Positions 18,236 through 27,081 of a stretch of 64,000 nucleotides of DNA are shown here, piece by piece. The stretch is taken from the NCBI GenBank assembly GCA_963815215.1, contig CAWFFU010000014.1:1-64000 (forward strand). The letters run 5' to 3'. How positions within the stretch are numbered: position 1 is the first letter of the stretch; each line of letters begins with the position of its first letter. The DNA is from an uncultured Trueperaceae bacterium (lineage in GTDB: Bacteria; Deinococcota; Deinococci; Deinococcales; Trueperaceae). The notes beneath the pieces are model-generated. The model did not search any database and had not been told where the DNA came from. It saw nothing but the letters and a program-made list of their open reading frames with translations. The position numbers and the translations under genes were made by a program.

Positions 18236-18850
18236 ATGAAACGGACCCTCGCCATCACCGCCGCCGCCGCCCTCGCCCTCTCGCTCGCCTTCGCCTACGG
18301 ACCGCGCTTCCAGAACCCCGCAGGAACGGCGGGAGCCGCCGGCTACGGAGCGGGGCCCGTCCAGGCCGGCGCCGTGTTCGCCGGCACCGTGCACGATGAG
18401 GCGGCCGCCCTGCTCGGGATCACCCCCGAGGAGCTGATCGCGCTTCACCAGAGCGGCAAGACGCTGCAGGACATCGCCGTCGAGCTCGGTCAGAACGCCG
18501 ACGCCTTCCGTACCGCGCTGATCGACAGCCGCAACCAGGCGATCGACGAGGCCGTCGCGAACGGCGAACTCACCGACGCGCAGGGCGCCCTCATGAAGAC
18601 GCGCAGCGAGGCCGCCGTGACCGCCCAGCTCCAGCGCGAGATCGGCCCCAACGCGGGCTTCGCCTACGGGCCGGCTCGCGGCGCGCAGGCCTACGGCCGC
18701 CAGTCCGGTCGCGCCGTCGGCCCCGCCGGCAGCCCCGGTGGGTACGGTGCGGGTGGGTACGGTACGGGCGGGTACGGCGCGGGCGGATACGGCCCGGCCT
18801 GGCAGGACGACGACGGCGCGATGCCCAACGGCCGCATGGGTCGCCGCTGA
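18236..18850 (+). CDS. Secreted hypothetical protein with helical core and GGYG-rich tail
   Basis: Signal peptide MKRTLAITAAAALALSLAFA; core AALLGITPEEL....SGKTLQDIA...IDEAVANGELT; GGYG(A/T) x4. Confidence 0.75.
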   Translation: MKRTLAITAAAALALSLAFAYGPRFQNPAGTAGAAGYGAGPVQAGAVFAGTVHDEAAALLGITPEELIALHQSGKTLQDIAVELGQNADAFRTALIDSRNQAIDEAVANGELTDAQGALMKTRSEAAVTAQLQREIGPNAGFAYGPARGAQAYGRQSGRAVGPAGSPGGYGAGGYGTGGYGAGGYGPAWQDDDGAMPNGRMGRR

Positions 18851-18928
18851 GCCAGGACGGCCGCACGGCGCCGGGGCCCGCAGGCCCCGGCGCCCCTCGA
18901 CCCCAGTGACCCCAACGAGCTTCAAGGA

Positions 18929-18965
18929 GAATGAGCCCCGCGCCTGCTAGGCGCGGGGCTCATTC
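18929..18965. terminator. Hairpin between convergent genes (probably a bidirectional terminator)
   Basis: Perfect 17-bp stem GAATGAGCCCCGCGCCT-GCT-AGGCGCGGGGCTCATTC. Confidence 0.7.
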
Positions 18966-19008
18966 CATGTGGGCCGGGGCGGCGACGGCGGGCGTCGCCG
19001 CGAAGAGA

Positions 19009-20442
19009 CTAGCCCGCCGCCTCCAGCCGGTAGGTGCGCAGCACCTGCTCGTACGCCAGCGCCCGCGCCAGGGCGTGGGCGTCCTCCCCGTCCATCAGGC
19101 CGCGCACCCATCGCCCGGCCAGCCAGTTGCTGGCCACCCGGCGCCACACCTCGTGGCGCGCGGGGATGCTGGCGAAGGCGCGGGTGTCGTCGTTGAAGCC
19201 GGCCAGGTTGTACGCGCCCGCCGTCTCCATCACCGCGTCGAGGTAGCGCTCCATGCCCTTGACGCTGTCGAAGAACCACCAGGGCGCGCCCAGCGTGAGC
19301 GCCGGGTAGTGCCCGGCCATGGGGGCCAGCTCGCGGCTGTAACTGCTCTCGTCCAGGGTGTAGACCACCAGGCGGTAGCGCGGGTCGTTGCCGTAGGCGT
19401 TCATGAGCGGCTTCAGGGCGCGGGTCCACTCGGTCGCGAGCGGCATGTCGGCGCCCTTGTCGAGGCCGAAGCGCCGGAACACGCGGCTGTTGTGGTTGCG
19501 CAGGCTGCCCACGTGGAGCTGCATCACCAGCCCGTCCTCGGCGCTCATGCGGGCCATCTCGAAGAGCATGTGGGCGGTGAAGCGCGGCGCGTCGTCGCCG
19601 CGCGGCGTGCCGGCCAGCGCGCGTTCGAACACGGCGCTCGCCTCCAGCTCGGAGAGCGGCGCCACGTCGGCGGTCTTCGAGGCGTGGTCGGTGGCGGCCG
19701 CGCCGAGCTCCTTGAAGAACCCGCGGCGCTGCTCGAGCGCCCGCAGGAAGCCCGGGTAGTCGCTCACCTCGAGCCCGGAGACCTCGGCCAGGCGATCGAT
19801 GTTGGCGCGCCAGCCCTCGGCGTCGAGGTTGAGCACCGCGTCGGGCCGGAAGGTGGGGCGCACCCGGTCGAAGCCCTGATCGAGCATCGTCCGGTGGTGC
19901 TCGAGGGTGTCGGTGGCCGCGTCGGTGGTGGCCAGGGTGTGGATGTTGAAGCGTTCGAACAGCGCGCGCGGGCGGTAGGCGGGCTGCTGGAGCTTCGCCT
20001 GGACGGCGTCGTAGATGCGCTGGGCGTTGTCGCCGCTCAACTTCTCGTCGATCCCGAAGAGCTGCTCGAACTCCAGCGTCAGCCACAGCCCCGTGGGGGT
20101 GCCGCGGAACAGGTGGAAGTGCTCTGCGAAACGCTGCCAGATGGCGCGCGGGTCGCTCTCGACCGGACTGCCGTCGCGGCTGGGGACCCCCAGGTCCTCC
20201 ATCGGCACGCCCTGGCTGTAGAGCATGCGGAAGACGTAGTGGTCGGGGATGATGAAGAGCTGCGCCGGATCGGGCAGGGCGCGGTCCTCGGCCAGCATGC
20301 GGGGGTCGACGTGGCCGTGCGGCCCCACGATGGGCAGGTCCTTGATGCCGGCGAACAGCTCGCGGGCGAGCGCGCGTTGCGCGGGCTCGGGGCTGAAGCA
20401 GCGGTCGGCGGCTGCCGAGCGCGCCGGGGATGCGGTGGTCAT
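19009..20442 (-). CDS. uxaC: Glucuronate (uronate) isomerase
   Basis: HGHVDP, DHYVFRMLYSQG, MQLHVG, GAPWWF, GFNDDTRAF; ATGA overlap with gntK. Confidence 0.93.
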   Translation of the reverse strand: MTTASPARSAAADRCFSPEPAQRALARELFAGIKDLPIVGPHGHVDPRMLAEDRALPDPAQLFIIPDHYVFRMLYSQGVPMEDLGVPSRDGSPVESDPRAIWQRFAEHFHLFRGTPTGLWLTLEFEQLFGIDEKLSGDNAQRIYDAVQAKLQQPAYRPRALFERFNIHTLATTDAATDTLEHHRTMLDQGFDRVRPTFRPDAVLNLDAEGWRANIDRLAEVSGLEVSDYPGFLRALEQRRGFFKELGAAATDHASKTADVAPLSELEASAVFERALAGTPRGDDAPRFTAHMLFEMARMSAEDGLVMQLHVGSLRNHNSRVFRRFGLDKGADMPLATEWTRALKPLMNAYGNDPRYRLVVYTLDESSYSRELAPMAGHYPALTLGAPWWFFDSVKGMERYLDAVMETAGAYNLAGFNDDTRAFASIPARHEVWRRVASNWLAGRWVRGLMDGEDAHALARALAYEQVLRTYRLEAAG

Positions 20443-21062
20443 GGTTTCCCCTCCTTGTTCTGCGGCTCGCTCTGCGGCTCGCTGTGCGGCTCGCTGTGCA
20501 CGGTGCGGTCCTTCGCGTCGCGCGGGGCCTCGCTCGTTGCTGCGGAGCCGCCGGCACGTACGCCGCGTTGGGCGAGCCCGGCGAGCGCCTGCCGCACGGA
20601 GGCCGGTAGGCTGCTGCGCACATCGACGCTCACCGCGTCCTCGGGTTCCTCCAGGTCGCGGAACTGGCTGCGCAGCATCGACGCCTTCATGTAGTGACCC
20701 TTGCGCCGGCGCATGCGCCTCAGCAGCGTGTCGAAGTCGCTGTGGAGGTAGACGAAGCTCACGCGGGCTTCCGGCTCGGCTCCCCTCAGCAGCTGCCGAT
20801 AGCGCTCCTTCAGGGCCGAGCACGACAGCACCAGCGAGCGTCCCTCGGCGGCGTGCTCCTCGATGAGCTGCCGCAGTCGCTCGAGCCAGGGCTGCCGGTC
20901 CTCGTCGGTCAGCGGCACCCCGGCCGCCATCTTGGCGATGTTGGCCTTCGGGTGGTAGGCGTCGGCGTCGGCATAGGCGAACCCCAGGTGGGAAGCGATG
21001 CGCTTCCCGATGGTGGTCTTGCCCGATCCGGAGACGCCCATCACCACGATCGCGTCGGCCAC
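20439..21062 (-). CDS. gntK: Gluconokinase (GntK/IdnK type)
   Basis: GVSGSGKTT, DADAYHP.ANIAKMAAGVPLTDEDR.PW, CSALK..YR, ML.SQF..LE.P. Confidence 0.93.
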   Translation of the reverse strand: MADAIVVMGVSGSGKTTIGKRIASHLGFAYADADAYHPKANIAKMAAGVPLTDEDRQPWLERLRQLIEEHAAEGRSLVLSCSALKERYRQLLRGAEPEARVSFVYLHSDFDTLLRRMRRRKGHYMKASMLRSQFRDLEEPEDAVSVDVRSSLPASVRQALAGLAQRGVRAGGSAATSEAPRDAKDRTVHSEPHSEPQSEPQNKEGKP

Positions 21063-21065
21063 CGC

Positions 21066-22349
21066 TCAGCCCTCCCGCAGCCGGAACAGGTGCTCGCCGG
21101 CGTTCTCAACCAGCAGTAGCCCCTCGTCCTCGCGGTCGCGCCACGCCTCGGGATCGATGCCGGCGGGGTCGCGGTAGCCGAGGTCGATGGCGCGGCACAC
21201 CTCTTCGGGGATGCCGGTGGCGAGCGTGACGCGGATGCGCGGCCGCTCGACGCCGTCCTCGAAGGTACCGCCCCCCTTGACGTGGGTGGAGTGCGCCAGG
21301 ATGGCCCACGGCACGTCCTCGAAGCGCTCCCATTGGTGGGTGAAGTAGTCGCGCACGTGGTAGCCGACCTGCCGGATCAGGTGGCCGTGGACGGTGCTGA
21401 TCTCGTCGAGCTCGGGAGCGTAGATGATGACCTCGCCGCCGTCGGCCACCACCGGCTCGGTCTTGTACATCGCCTTGGCGGCGGTCCACAACTCGTCGTA
21501 CATGGGCGACGGCATCGACAGCACGGAACGGTAGGGACGCGGCTTCCACAGGATGTTCAGCTCGCCCGACAGGTCGGCGGCCGCCTCCCAGGCGCCGACG
21601 AGGTCCCCCAGGTAGAGGCCGTGGAGGGTCTTGCCCTCCATCACCAGCGCGGCCAGGGTCACCGGCCGGGCGTCGGTCACGAAGGCGGCGGCGCGGTGCA
21701 GCACCCGCCTCACGGCGGTGTCCTTGACGCCGATGGTGGCGTGGCTGGTGGCGAGGGCGCCCAGCCAGTGGGTGTTGTCGATGATGTCGGGCCCGGCGAT
21801 GCCGGGGAAGAGGTACTTGGCGCCTCCCGAGAAGCCGGCCACCTCGTGCGGGAACACCGGCCCGACGATCAACAGGTGGTCGTAGTCGAGGATCCTGCGG
21901 TTGAGCCGCACCGGTGTGGGCCGCGTGACGAGGCCGCCGGTCAGCTCCGCCATGGTGCTGTGGGAGATGGTGCCGAGGTCCGTCATGGCGTCGTCGTCCT
22001 GCCAGGCGTGGTTGAACACCCGGCTCTTGGGCGTGCGGCGCGCGCGCTCGCCTTCGTCCATGCCCACCAGCCGGGCGATGGCGTCGTCCGACATGGGCGG
22101 ATGGGTGCCGAGCGCGATCAGGTAGTCGAGCTGCGCCACGCGTTCCCCCAGCGCCTCGTAGAGCCGGCGGTAGAGCATGGGCAGCGGTGCGCTGCGGGTG
22201 CCGTCCGGGATGATGACGAGCACCCGCTTGCCGTCGATCGGGAGATCGGCCAGTCCAGTCTGGAGCAGCCGGGCGACGGCGCTCTCGTCGAGCGCGCGGT
22301 CGAGGTACCCTTCGCCGTGGACGAAGGCGGCAGGCTCGGGGGCGGTCAT
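21066..22349 (-). CDS. LarA (lactate racemase) superfamily protein; candidate mannonate/gluconate 2-epimerase
   Basis: PDGTR (DxTR), ALGTH, FPHEVAGFSGGAK..FPG, NTHW and AAK match LarA catalytic and nickel-pincer-binding residues. The function is inferred from operon context. Confidence 0.85.
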   Translation of the reverse strand: MTAPEPAAFVHGEGYLDRALDESAVARLLQTGLADLPIDGKRVLVIIPDGTRSAPLPMLYRRLYEALGERVAQLDYLIALGTHPPMSDDAIARLVGMDEGERARRTPKSRVFNHAWQDDDAMTDLGTISHSTMAELTGGLVTRPTPVRLNRRILDYDHLLIVGPVFPHEVAGFSGGAKYLFPGIAGPDIIDNTHWLGALATSHATIGVKDTAVRRVLHRAAAFVTDARPVTLAALVMEGKTLHGLYLGDLVGAWEAAADLSGELNILWKPRPYRSVLSMPSPMYDELWTAAKAMYKTEPVVADGGEVIIYAPELDEISTVHGHLIRQVGYHVRDYFTHQWERFEDVPWAILAHSTHVKGGGTFEDGVERPRIRVTLATGIPEEVCRAIDLGYRDPAGIDPEAWRDREDEGLLLVENAGEHLFRLREG

Positions 22350-22391
22350 GGCCGGCCCCTTCCGGGCGGGCGTGGACGATCCATCGCCGGC

Positions 22392-23228
22392 TCAGACCCC
22401 GCTGAAGGCGGAGAAGCCGCCGTCGACCGGAACGATGGCGCCGGTCACGAAGGCGCTGCCGGGATCGACCAGCCACAGCAAGGTGCTGGCGAGATCGCTC
22501 GCCGCGCCCAGCCGCCCCATCGGAGTGTGCCCGACCACGCTGGCGCCGCGCGGCGTCAGCTCGCCCGACTCGGCGTCGACCATGAGGTACTGGTTCTGCT
22601 GGGTCAGGAAGAACCCTGGCGCGAGCGCGTTGACGCGGATGCCGGGGCCGTAGGTCTGGGCGAGGTGCACGGCCAGCCAGCGCGTCAGGTTGTTGACCGC
22701 CGCCTTGGCCGCGGCGTAGCCCACCACGCGCGTGAGCGGCCGTTCGGCCGCCATCGACGACACGTTGACGATGACGCCGCGCCCGCGATCCGCCATGTCA
22801 CGCCCGAACACCTGACAGGCCTGCAGCGTCCCCAGCAGGTTGAGGTCGACCACCCTGCGCAGGGCATCGGGATCGAGGTCGAAGAAGGTCCGGTCGTCCG
22901 TGGCGGTGGCGCGCGGGTCGTTGCCGCCGGCGCCGTTGACCAGGATGTCGACGGGCCCGTAGAGCTCGTGCACGCGCTCGCGGGCACGCTGCAGGGAGAC
23001 CGCGTCCACCACGTCGGCGATGACCGCCTGGGCGTCGCCTCCGTGCTCGCGGATGCGCGCGGCCACCGGCTCGGCCGACTCCAGATGGCGGCTCACCACC
23101 GCGACCCGGGCGCCGGCGCCGGCCAGCGTCTCGGACAGGCTCGAGCCCAGCCCGCCGCTGCCGCCGGTCACCACGGCCACCGAGCCCGCCAGGGGGCCCT
23201 GCGCGCCGGCCACGGGGTCGGCGCTCAT
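22392..23228 (-). CDS. uxuB: SDR-family D-mannonate oxidoreductase (fructuronate reductase, UxuB-like)
   Basis: TGGSGGLG, NGAGGN.P.AT, YAAAK, RVNALAPGFF.T.QN, HTPMGR.G and VDGGFSA.SGV resemble SDR-type mannonate oxidoreductases; lies in a uronate operon. Confidence 0.75.
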   Translation of the reverse strand: MSADPVAGAQGPLAGSVAVVTGGSGGLGSSLSETLAGAGARVAVVSRHLESAEPVAARIREHGGDAQAVIADVVDAVSLQRARERVHELYGPVDILVNGAGGNDPRATATDDRTFFDLDPDALRRVVDLNLLGTLQACQVFGRDMADRGRGVIVNVSSMAAERPLTRVVGYAAAKAAVNNLTRWLAVHLAQTYGPGIRVNALAPGFFLTQQNQYLMVDAESGELTPRGASVVGHTPMGRLGAASDLASTLLWLVDPGSAFVTGAIVPVDGGFSAFSGV

Positions 23229-24727
23229 CGCGCCGCCTCCGCGAAGGGCCGCACGTGCTTGACGAAGTGGCGCTCGAGCGCCGCGTAGTGCTCCTCCTCG
23301 TGGGAGCGCAACTCGCGCTGCAGGGCGTCCCCGTAGGCCTCCAGGGCGGAGCCGAAGGTGACGTGCAACACCTGCCGGGCGTCGAACTGGTCGAGCAGGC
23401 CCGGCAGGTCGGCGTCGCGCAGAGCGCCCTCCTCGGGCACCTTCGCCAGCTCCGCGGAGATGTGGTAGCTGGCGCGGTCGATGGGGTAGCGCACGCGCGC
23501 GAACGCCAGGATCTCGCGGAACAGCGCCGGCGCCACCCCGGCGACGACGCGCAGCGCCTCCAGGTAGGAGGTGCCCGCCGTCTTGAGGTGGGCCAGGCCG
23601 CCGGTGGCCTGCGTGAACGGCCCGTAGACGGAGAACTTGTCCGAGCCGGAGTGCAGGCTCAGCTTGTAGGGCCCGAGCGCGCGGGCGATGGCGGCGTGGC
23701 GCTTGAGGTCGACGGTGAGTGCGTCCACGTCGCCGATGTAGTCCACGCCCTTCTCGAAACGGCCGGGGAAGCGCGGGGCGAGGCTCACCCAGACAACGCC
23801 CAGGCGCTTCAGCTCGAGCGCGATGAAGGCGTGCTCGGCCGGGGAGGTGGGGGTGCCGGTCTCGTCGACGGAGACCTCGAAGTCGAACGCGTCCAGGCGC
23901 GAGGCGAGGTGGCGGTACATACGCGCGACGTGGGCCAGCGCGGCGCCGTACTTGGCTGCGGCGCGCAGCACGGCCTCGCGCTCCAGGGTGAGGCGCTCGT
24001 CCTCCAGCTCGACGACGCGGCCGACGTACGCCTTCTCCAGCGCCTCGCGGGTGGTCTCGAGCCGCTCCCAGGGGAGCGCCGCCAGGCGCCGCTCGAGGTC
24101 GGCGGGGTCCGCGCTGTCGGCGTCATCGTCGACGTGGTCGCCCGGATCCACGGTGAAGAAGGAGAAGCCGGCGTCGACGCAGGCGTCGATGTGTTCGGGG
24201 AGCTTGAGGTGGTCGGCGTCGGCACCGAGCGGCCCGCGCCAGCCCGCTTCGAAGGCGCCGAAGGTGGCGTCGCGCAGCACCTCGGTGGGAGAGCGCCGGG
24301 TGCGCGTCATCTCGCGGATCGACTGCTGCGCGAAGATGGGCGCGACGAGCCCGCCGGCCGCGCCGGCGCGGCCGAGCGAGCGCACGTGGCCGGGCGTGGC
24401 GATGCCGAGGCGGTCGCCGAAGCCGGCCGAAGTGGCGAGTCCGAGCGGGCGCGGCGTCAGGTCGGGCAGGGCCGCACGGAGCGCGGCCGCGTTGGCGTCG
24501 TTCAGCGGGCAGCGCAGCAGCGCCAGCCCGTCGACGGTGCCGGCAGGGGCGCCTTCGAAGCGCTCCAGCACCGGCGATCCCGGCAGCGCGGCGACCAGCA
24601 GGCGCTTGCCGTAGGGCCCGAGCTCGAGCGCCAGCACGGCGCCCTCGAGGTCGGTGCGAGAGCCGGGGTAGAGCTGCGCGCCGGGGCGCGCCAGGCGCTC
24701 GCTGGACAGGGCGGCGGGTCGGGTCAT
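23225..24727 (-). CDS. uxaE: Tagaturonate/fructuronate epimerase
   Basis: GFGDRLG.ATPGH, FAQQSIREM.RT, ADADH, EVSVDET, FEKGVDY, YKLSLHSGSDKF, HLKTAGTSYLEALR, RQVLHVTFG. Confidence 0.9.
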   Translation of the reverse strand: MTRPAALSSERLARPGAQLYPGSRTDLEGAVLALELGPYGKRLLVAALPGSPVLERFEGAPAGTVDGLALLRCPLNDANAAALRAALPDLTPRPLGLATSAGFGDRLGIATPGHVRSLGRAGAAGGLVAPIFAQQSIREMTRTRRSPTEVLRDATFGAFEAGWRGPLGADADHLKLPEHIDACVDAGFSFFTVDPGDHVDDDADSADPADLERRLAALPWERLETTREALEKAYVGRVVELEDERLTLEREAVLRAAAKYGAALAHVARMYRHLASRLDAFDFEVSVDETGTPTSPAEHAFIALELKRLGVVWVSLAPRFPGRFEKGVDYIGDVDALTVDLKRHAAIARALGPYKLSLHSGSDKFSVYGPFTQATGGLAHLKTAGTSYLEALRVVAGVAPALFREILAFARVRYPIDRASYHISAELAKVPEEGALRDADLPGLLDQFDARQVLHVTFGSALEAYGDALQRELRSHEEEHYAALERHFVKHVRPFAEAAR

Positions 24728-25767
24728 GGGTGAACCTCCTCAACTCGCGGCGTCAAGGGACGCACGGGGGCGGCGACGGTGCTGCCGCGCACCACCAGGG
24801 TGGGGCGGAGCACCACCTCGGCGCGCACGTTGCGGCCCGCGATGCGGTCGAACAGGATACGCATCGCGTTCACGCCGAGATCGTACTTGGGGACGTGAAG
24901 AGTGGTCAGCGGAGGGGTGAACATGCGGGCGAAGGCGATGTCGTCGAAGCCGATGACGGCGATGTCCTGCGGCACCCGCAGACCCGCCGTGGCGCACGCC
25001 TGCAGGGCGCCGGCGGCGACGAGATCGTTGTAGCACAGCAGGGCGTCGAGCGGGCCGGCCATCTCGAACAGGCGCGCGGCAGCCTCGGCGCCGTCGTCGA
25101 TGTAGGGAGCGGTCTTGACCAGCCGATCGGGCGAGAGCGGCAGGCCGCGCGCCTCGAGGCCGGCCCGGATCCCTTCCAGCCGCTCGCGGGCGGCGAACGA
25201 GCTGTCGGGGCCGGCGAGCACGCCGATGCGCCGGCGGCCCAGCGCCAGCAGGTGGTCGATGGCCTGCATGACGCCGCTGACGTGGTCGAGGCGTACCGCG
25301 CCGGCCACTTCGGGCGGCGCCGAGCGGTTCACGACCACGGCCGCCCTGTGGCTACGCAGCAGAGCGTGGAGCTGCCGCTCGGGCAGCCTCGGGCTCACCA
25401 CGATGACGCCGTCCACGCGCCGCTCCTCCATCAGCCGCAGGATGTTGGCCTCGCGCCGCTGGTCCTCGACGGCGTTGCTCAGGAACACCCCGTAACCCGC
25501 CTCCAGCGCCACGTCCTCGGCGCCGCGGACGATCTCGGGGAAGTAGGGATTGGTGATGTCGGGCACGACCAGCCCGAGCGTGTGGGAGCGGCTGGCCTTG
25601 AGCCCGCGGGCGAGGCTGTTGCGGCGGTAGCCGAGCTCGTGGATGGCGGCCCGTACCTGCGCCCGCCGCCCGTCGCTCACCCCCGGTTGCTCGTTGAGCA
25701 CGCGGGACACGGTCATGGCGGATACGCCGGCGGCGCGCGCAACGTCCTGGATGGTGACTCGTGGCAT
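24724..25767 (-). CDS. LacI-family transcriptional regulator
   Basis: TIQDVARAAGVS.MTVSRVLN HTH; ND..A.G, VP.DIAV.GFDD, PPLTT. Confidence 0.93.
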   Translation of the reverse strand: MPRVTIQDVARAAGVSAMTVSRVLNEQPGVSDGRRAQVRAAIHELGYRRNSLARGLKASRSHTLGLVVPDITNPYFPEIVRGAEDVALEAGYGVFLSNAVEDQRREANILRLMEERRVDGVIVVSPRLPERQLHALLRSHRAAVVVNRSAPPEVAGAVRLDHVSGVMQAIDHLLALGRRRIGVLAGPDSSFAARERLEGIRAGLEARGLPLSPDRLVKTAPYIDDGAEAAARLFEMAGPLDALLCYNDLVAAGALQACATAGLRVPQDIAVIGFDDIAFARMFTPPLTTLHVPKYDLGVNAMRILFDRIAGRNVRAEVVLRPTLVVRGSTVAAPVRPLTPRVEEVHP

Positions 25768-25973
25768 GTCCGTGGGTCCGCTCCGATCCTGTTCACCGTT
25801 AACGATACCAGACCTCGATCGGCGTTGGAGCGGCGTTGGTGGGGACTCCCGGGAAACTGCGACGGAGCCGGGACATCGTGTCGTTGACACCCTTCGGGGG
25901 CCGTGCTAGCGTTCAGGAGATGTTCACACCACGCCCTCGGCTCGCGTGGACCCACGAGCTTGCGTTCGTTCGC

Positions 25974-25987
25974 GAACGTTAACGTTC
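25974..25987. promoter_or_regulatory. Candidate LacI operator
   Basis: Perfect palindrome GAACGTTAACGTTC upstream of dctP; related GTTCACCGTTAAC at 25791-25803 upstream of lacI. Confidence 0.6.
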
Positions 25988-26087
25988 ACGCGCAGTACGG
26001 GAGGGGTTTGCGAGATGAGAGGGCGACCGCGCTCCGGAGGATCTCCGCGCGGGTGGGGTCCGGTCGTAGACCGGAGAAGGGAGACGC

Positions 26088-27065
26088 ATGCGACGCTTCG
26101 TGATGTCCCTGTTCGTTCTGGCCGCCCTGATGACGGGGGTGGCGACCGCCCAGCAGATCACGCTGAAGGCGGCCGACAACCAGCCCGAGGATTACCCGAC
26201 CGTCCAAGGGCTCAAGTTCATGGCCAACTATCTCGATGCCGCCACCAAAGGGCGCATCAAGATGGAGGTCTTCGCCGGGGGGCAGCTCGGTGACGAGCGC
26301 TCCACCATCGAGCAGGTCCAGCTCGGCGTCATCGACGTCGTGCGCACCTCGACCAGCCCGGTCGGCGAGTTCTACGCGCCCATGGGCGTGTTCAGCATGC
26401 CGTACATCTTCCGCGATGCGGCGCACATGTGGAAGGTCGTGCAGGGCCCGATCGGGCGCGAGCTGCTCGACGGCCTGCAGCAGGCGAACCTCGTAGGGCT
26501 CGCCTACTACGACTCCGGCAGCCGCAACTTCTACACCACCAAGGCCGCCGGCCCCATCAAGAGCGTGGCCGACCTCAAGGGCAAGCGCATCCGTACCCAG
26601 CAGAGCGAGGTCGTCCTGGACATGATGAAGGCGCTCGGTGCGGAGCCCGTGCCGATGGCCTTCGGTGAGGTCTACAGCGCGCTGCAGACCGGCGTCATCG
26701 ACGGCGCCGAGAACAACTTCCCCTCCTACGGCCCGCAGGGCGTGCGCCACTACGAGGTGGCCCCCTACTTCACGCTCGACGGTCACGCTCGCGTGCCCGA
26801 GGTCGTGATGATCAGCAAGTCCAGCTGGGACAAGCTCAGCACCGCGGACCAGAGCCTGGTGCGCGAGGCCGCCCTGGCCAGCGTGCCCGTGGAGATGGCG
26901 CTGTGGGCGAAGCTCTCCAACTCCAGCCGCGACGAGGTCGTGAAGGCCGGCAGCGAGATCATCACGGTCGACACCGCCGCGTTCCAGGCCGCCATGAAGC
27001 CGGTGTACGACAAGTACGGCTCGCAGTACGGCGACCTGATCCAGCGCATCGTCGACACCAAGTAG
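26088..27065 (+). CDS. dctP: TRAP transporter substrate-binding protein
   Basis: Signal peptide, GQLGDE, DLKGKRIRTQ (carboxylate-binding Arg), GEVYSALQTGVIDGAENN. Confidence 0.92.
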   Translation: MRRFVMSLFVLAALMTGVATAQQITLKAADNQPEDYPTVQGLKFMANYLDAATKGRIKMEVFAGGQLGDERSTIEQVQLGVIDVVRTSTSPVGEFYAPMGVFSMPYIFRDAAHMWKVVQGPIGRELLDGLQQANLVGLAYYDSGSRNFYTTKAAGPIKSVADLKGKRIRTQQSEVVLDMMKALGAEPVPMAFGEVYSALQTGVIDGAENNFPSYGPQGVRHYEVAPYFTLDGHARVPEVVMISKSSWDKLSTADQSLVREAALASVPVEMALWAKLSNSSRDEVVKAGSEIITVDTAAFQAAMKPVYDKYGSQYGDLIQRIVDTK

Positions 27066-27081
27066 AGGGGGTCGCGATCCC

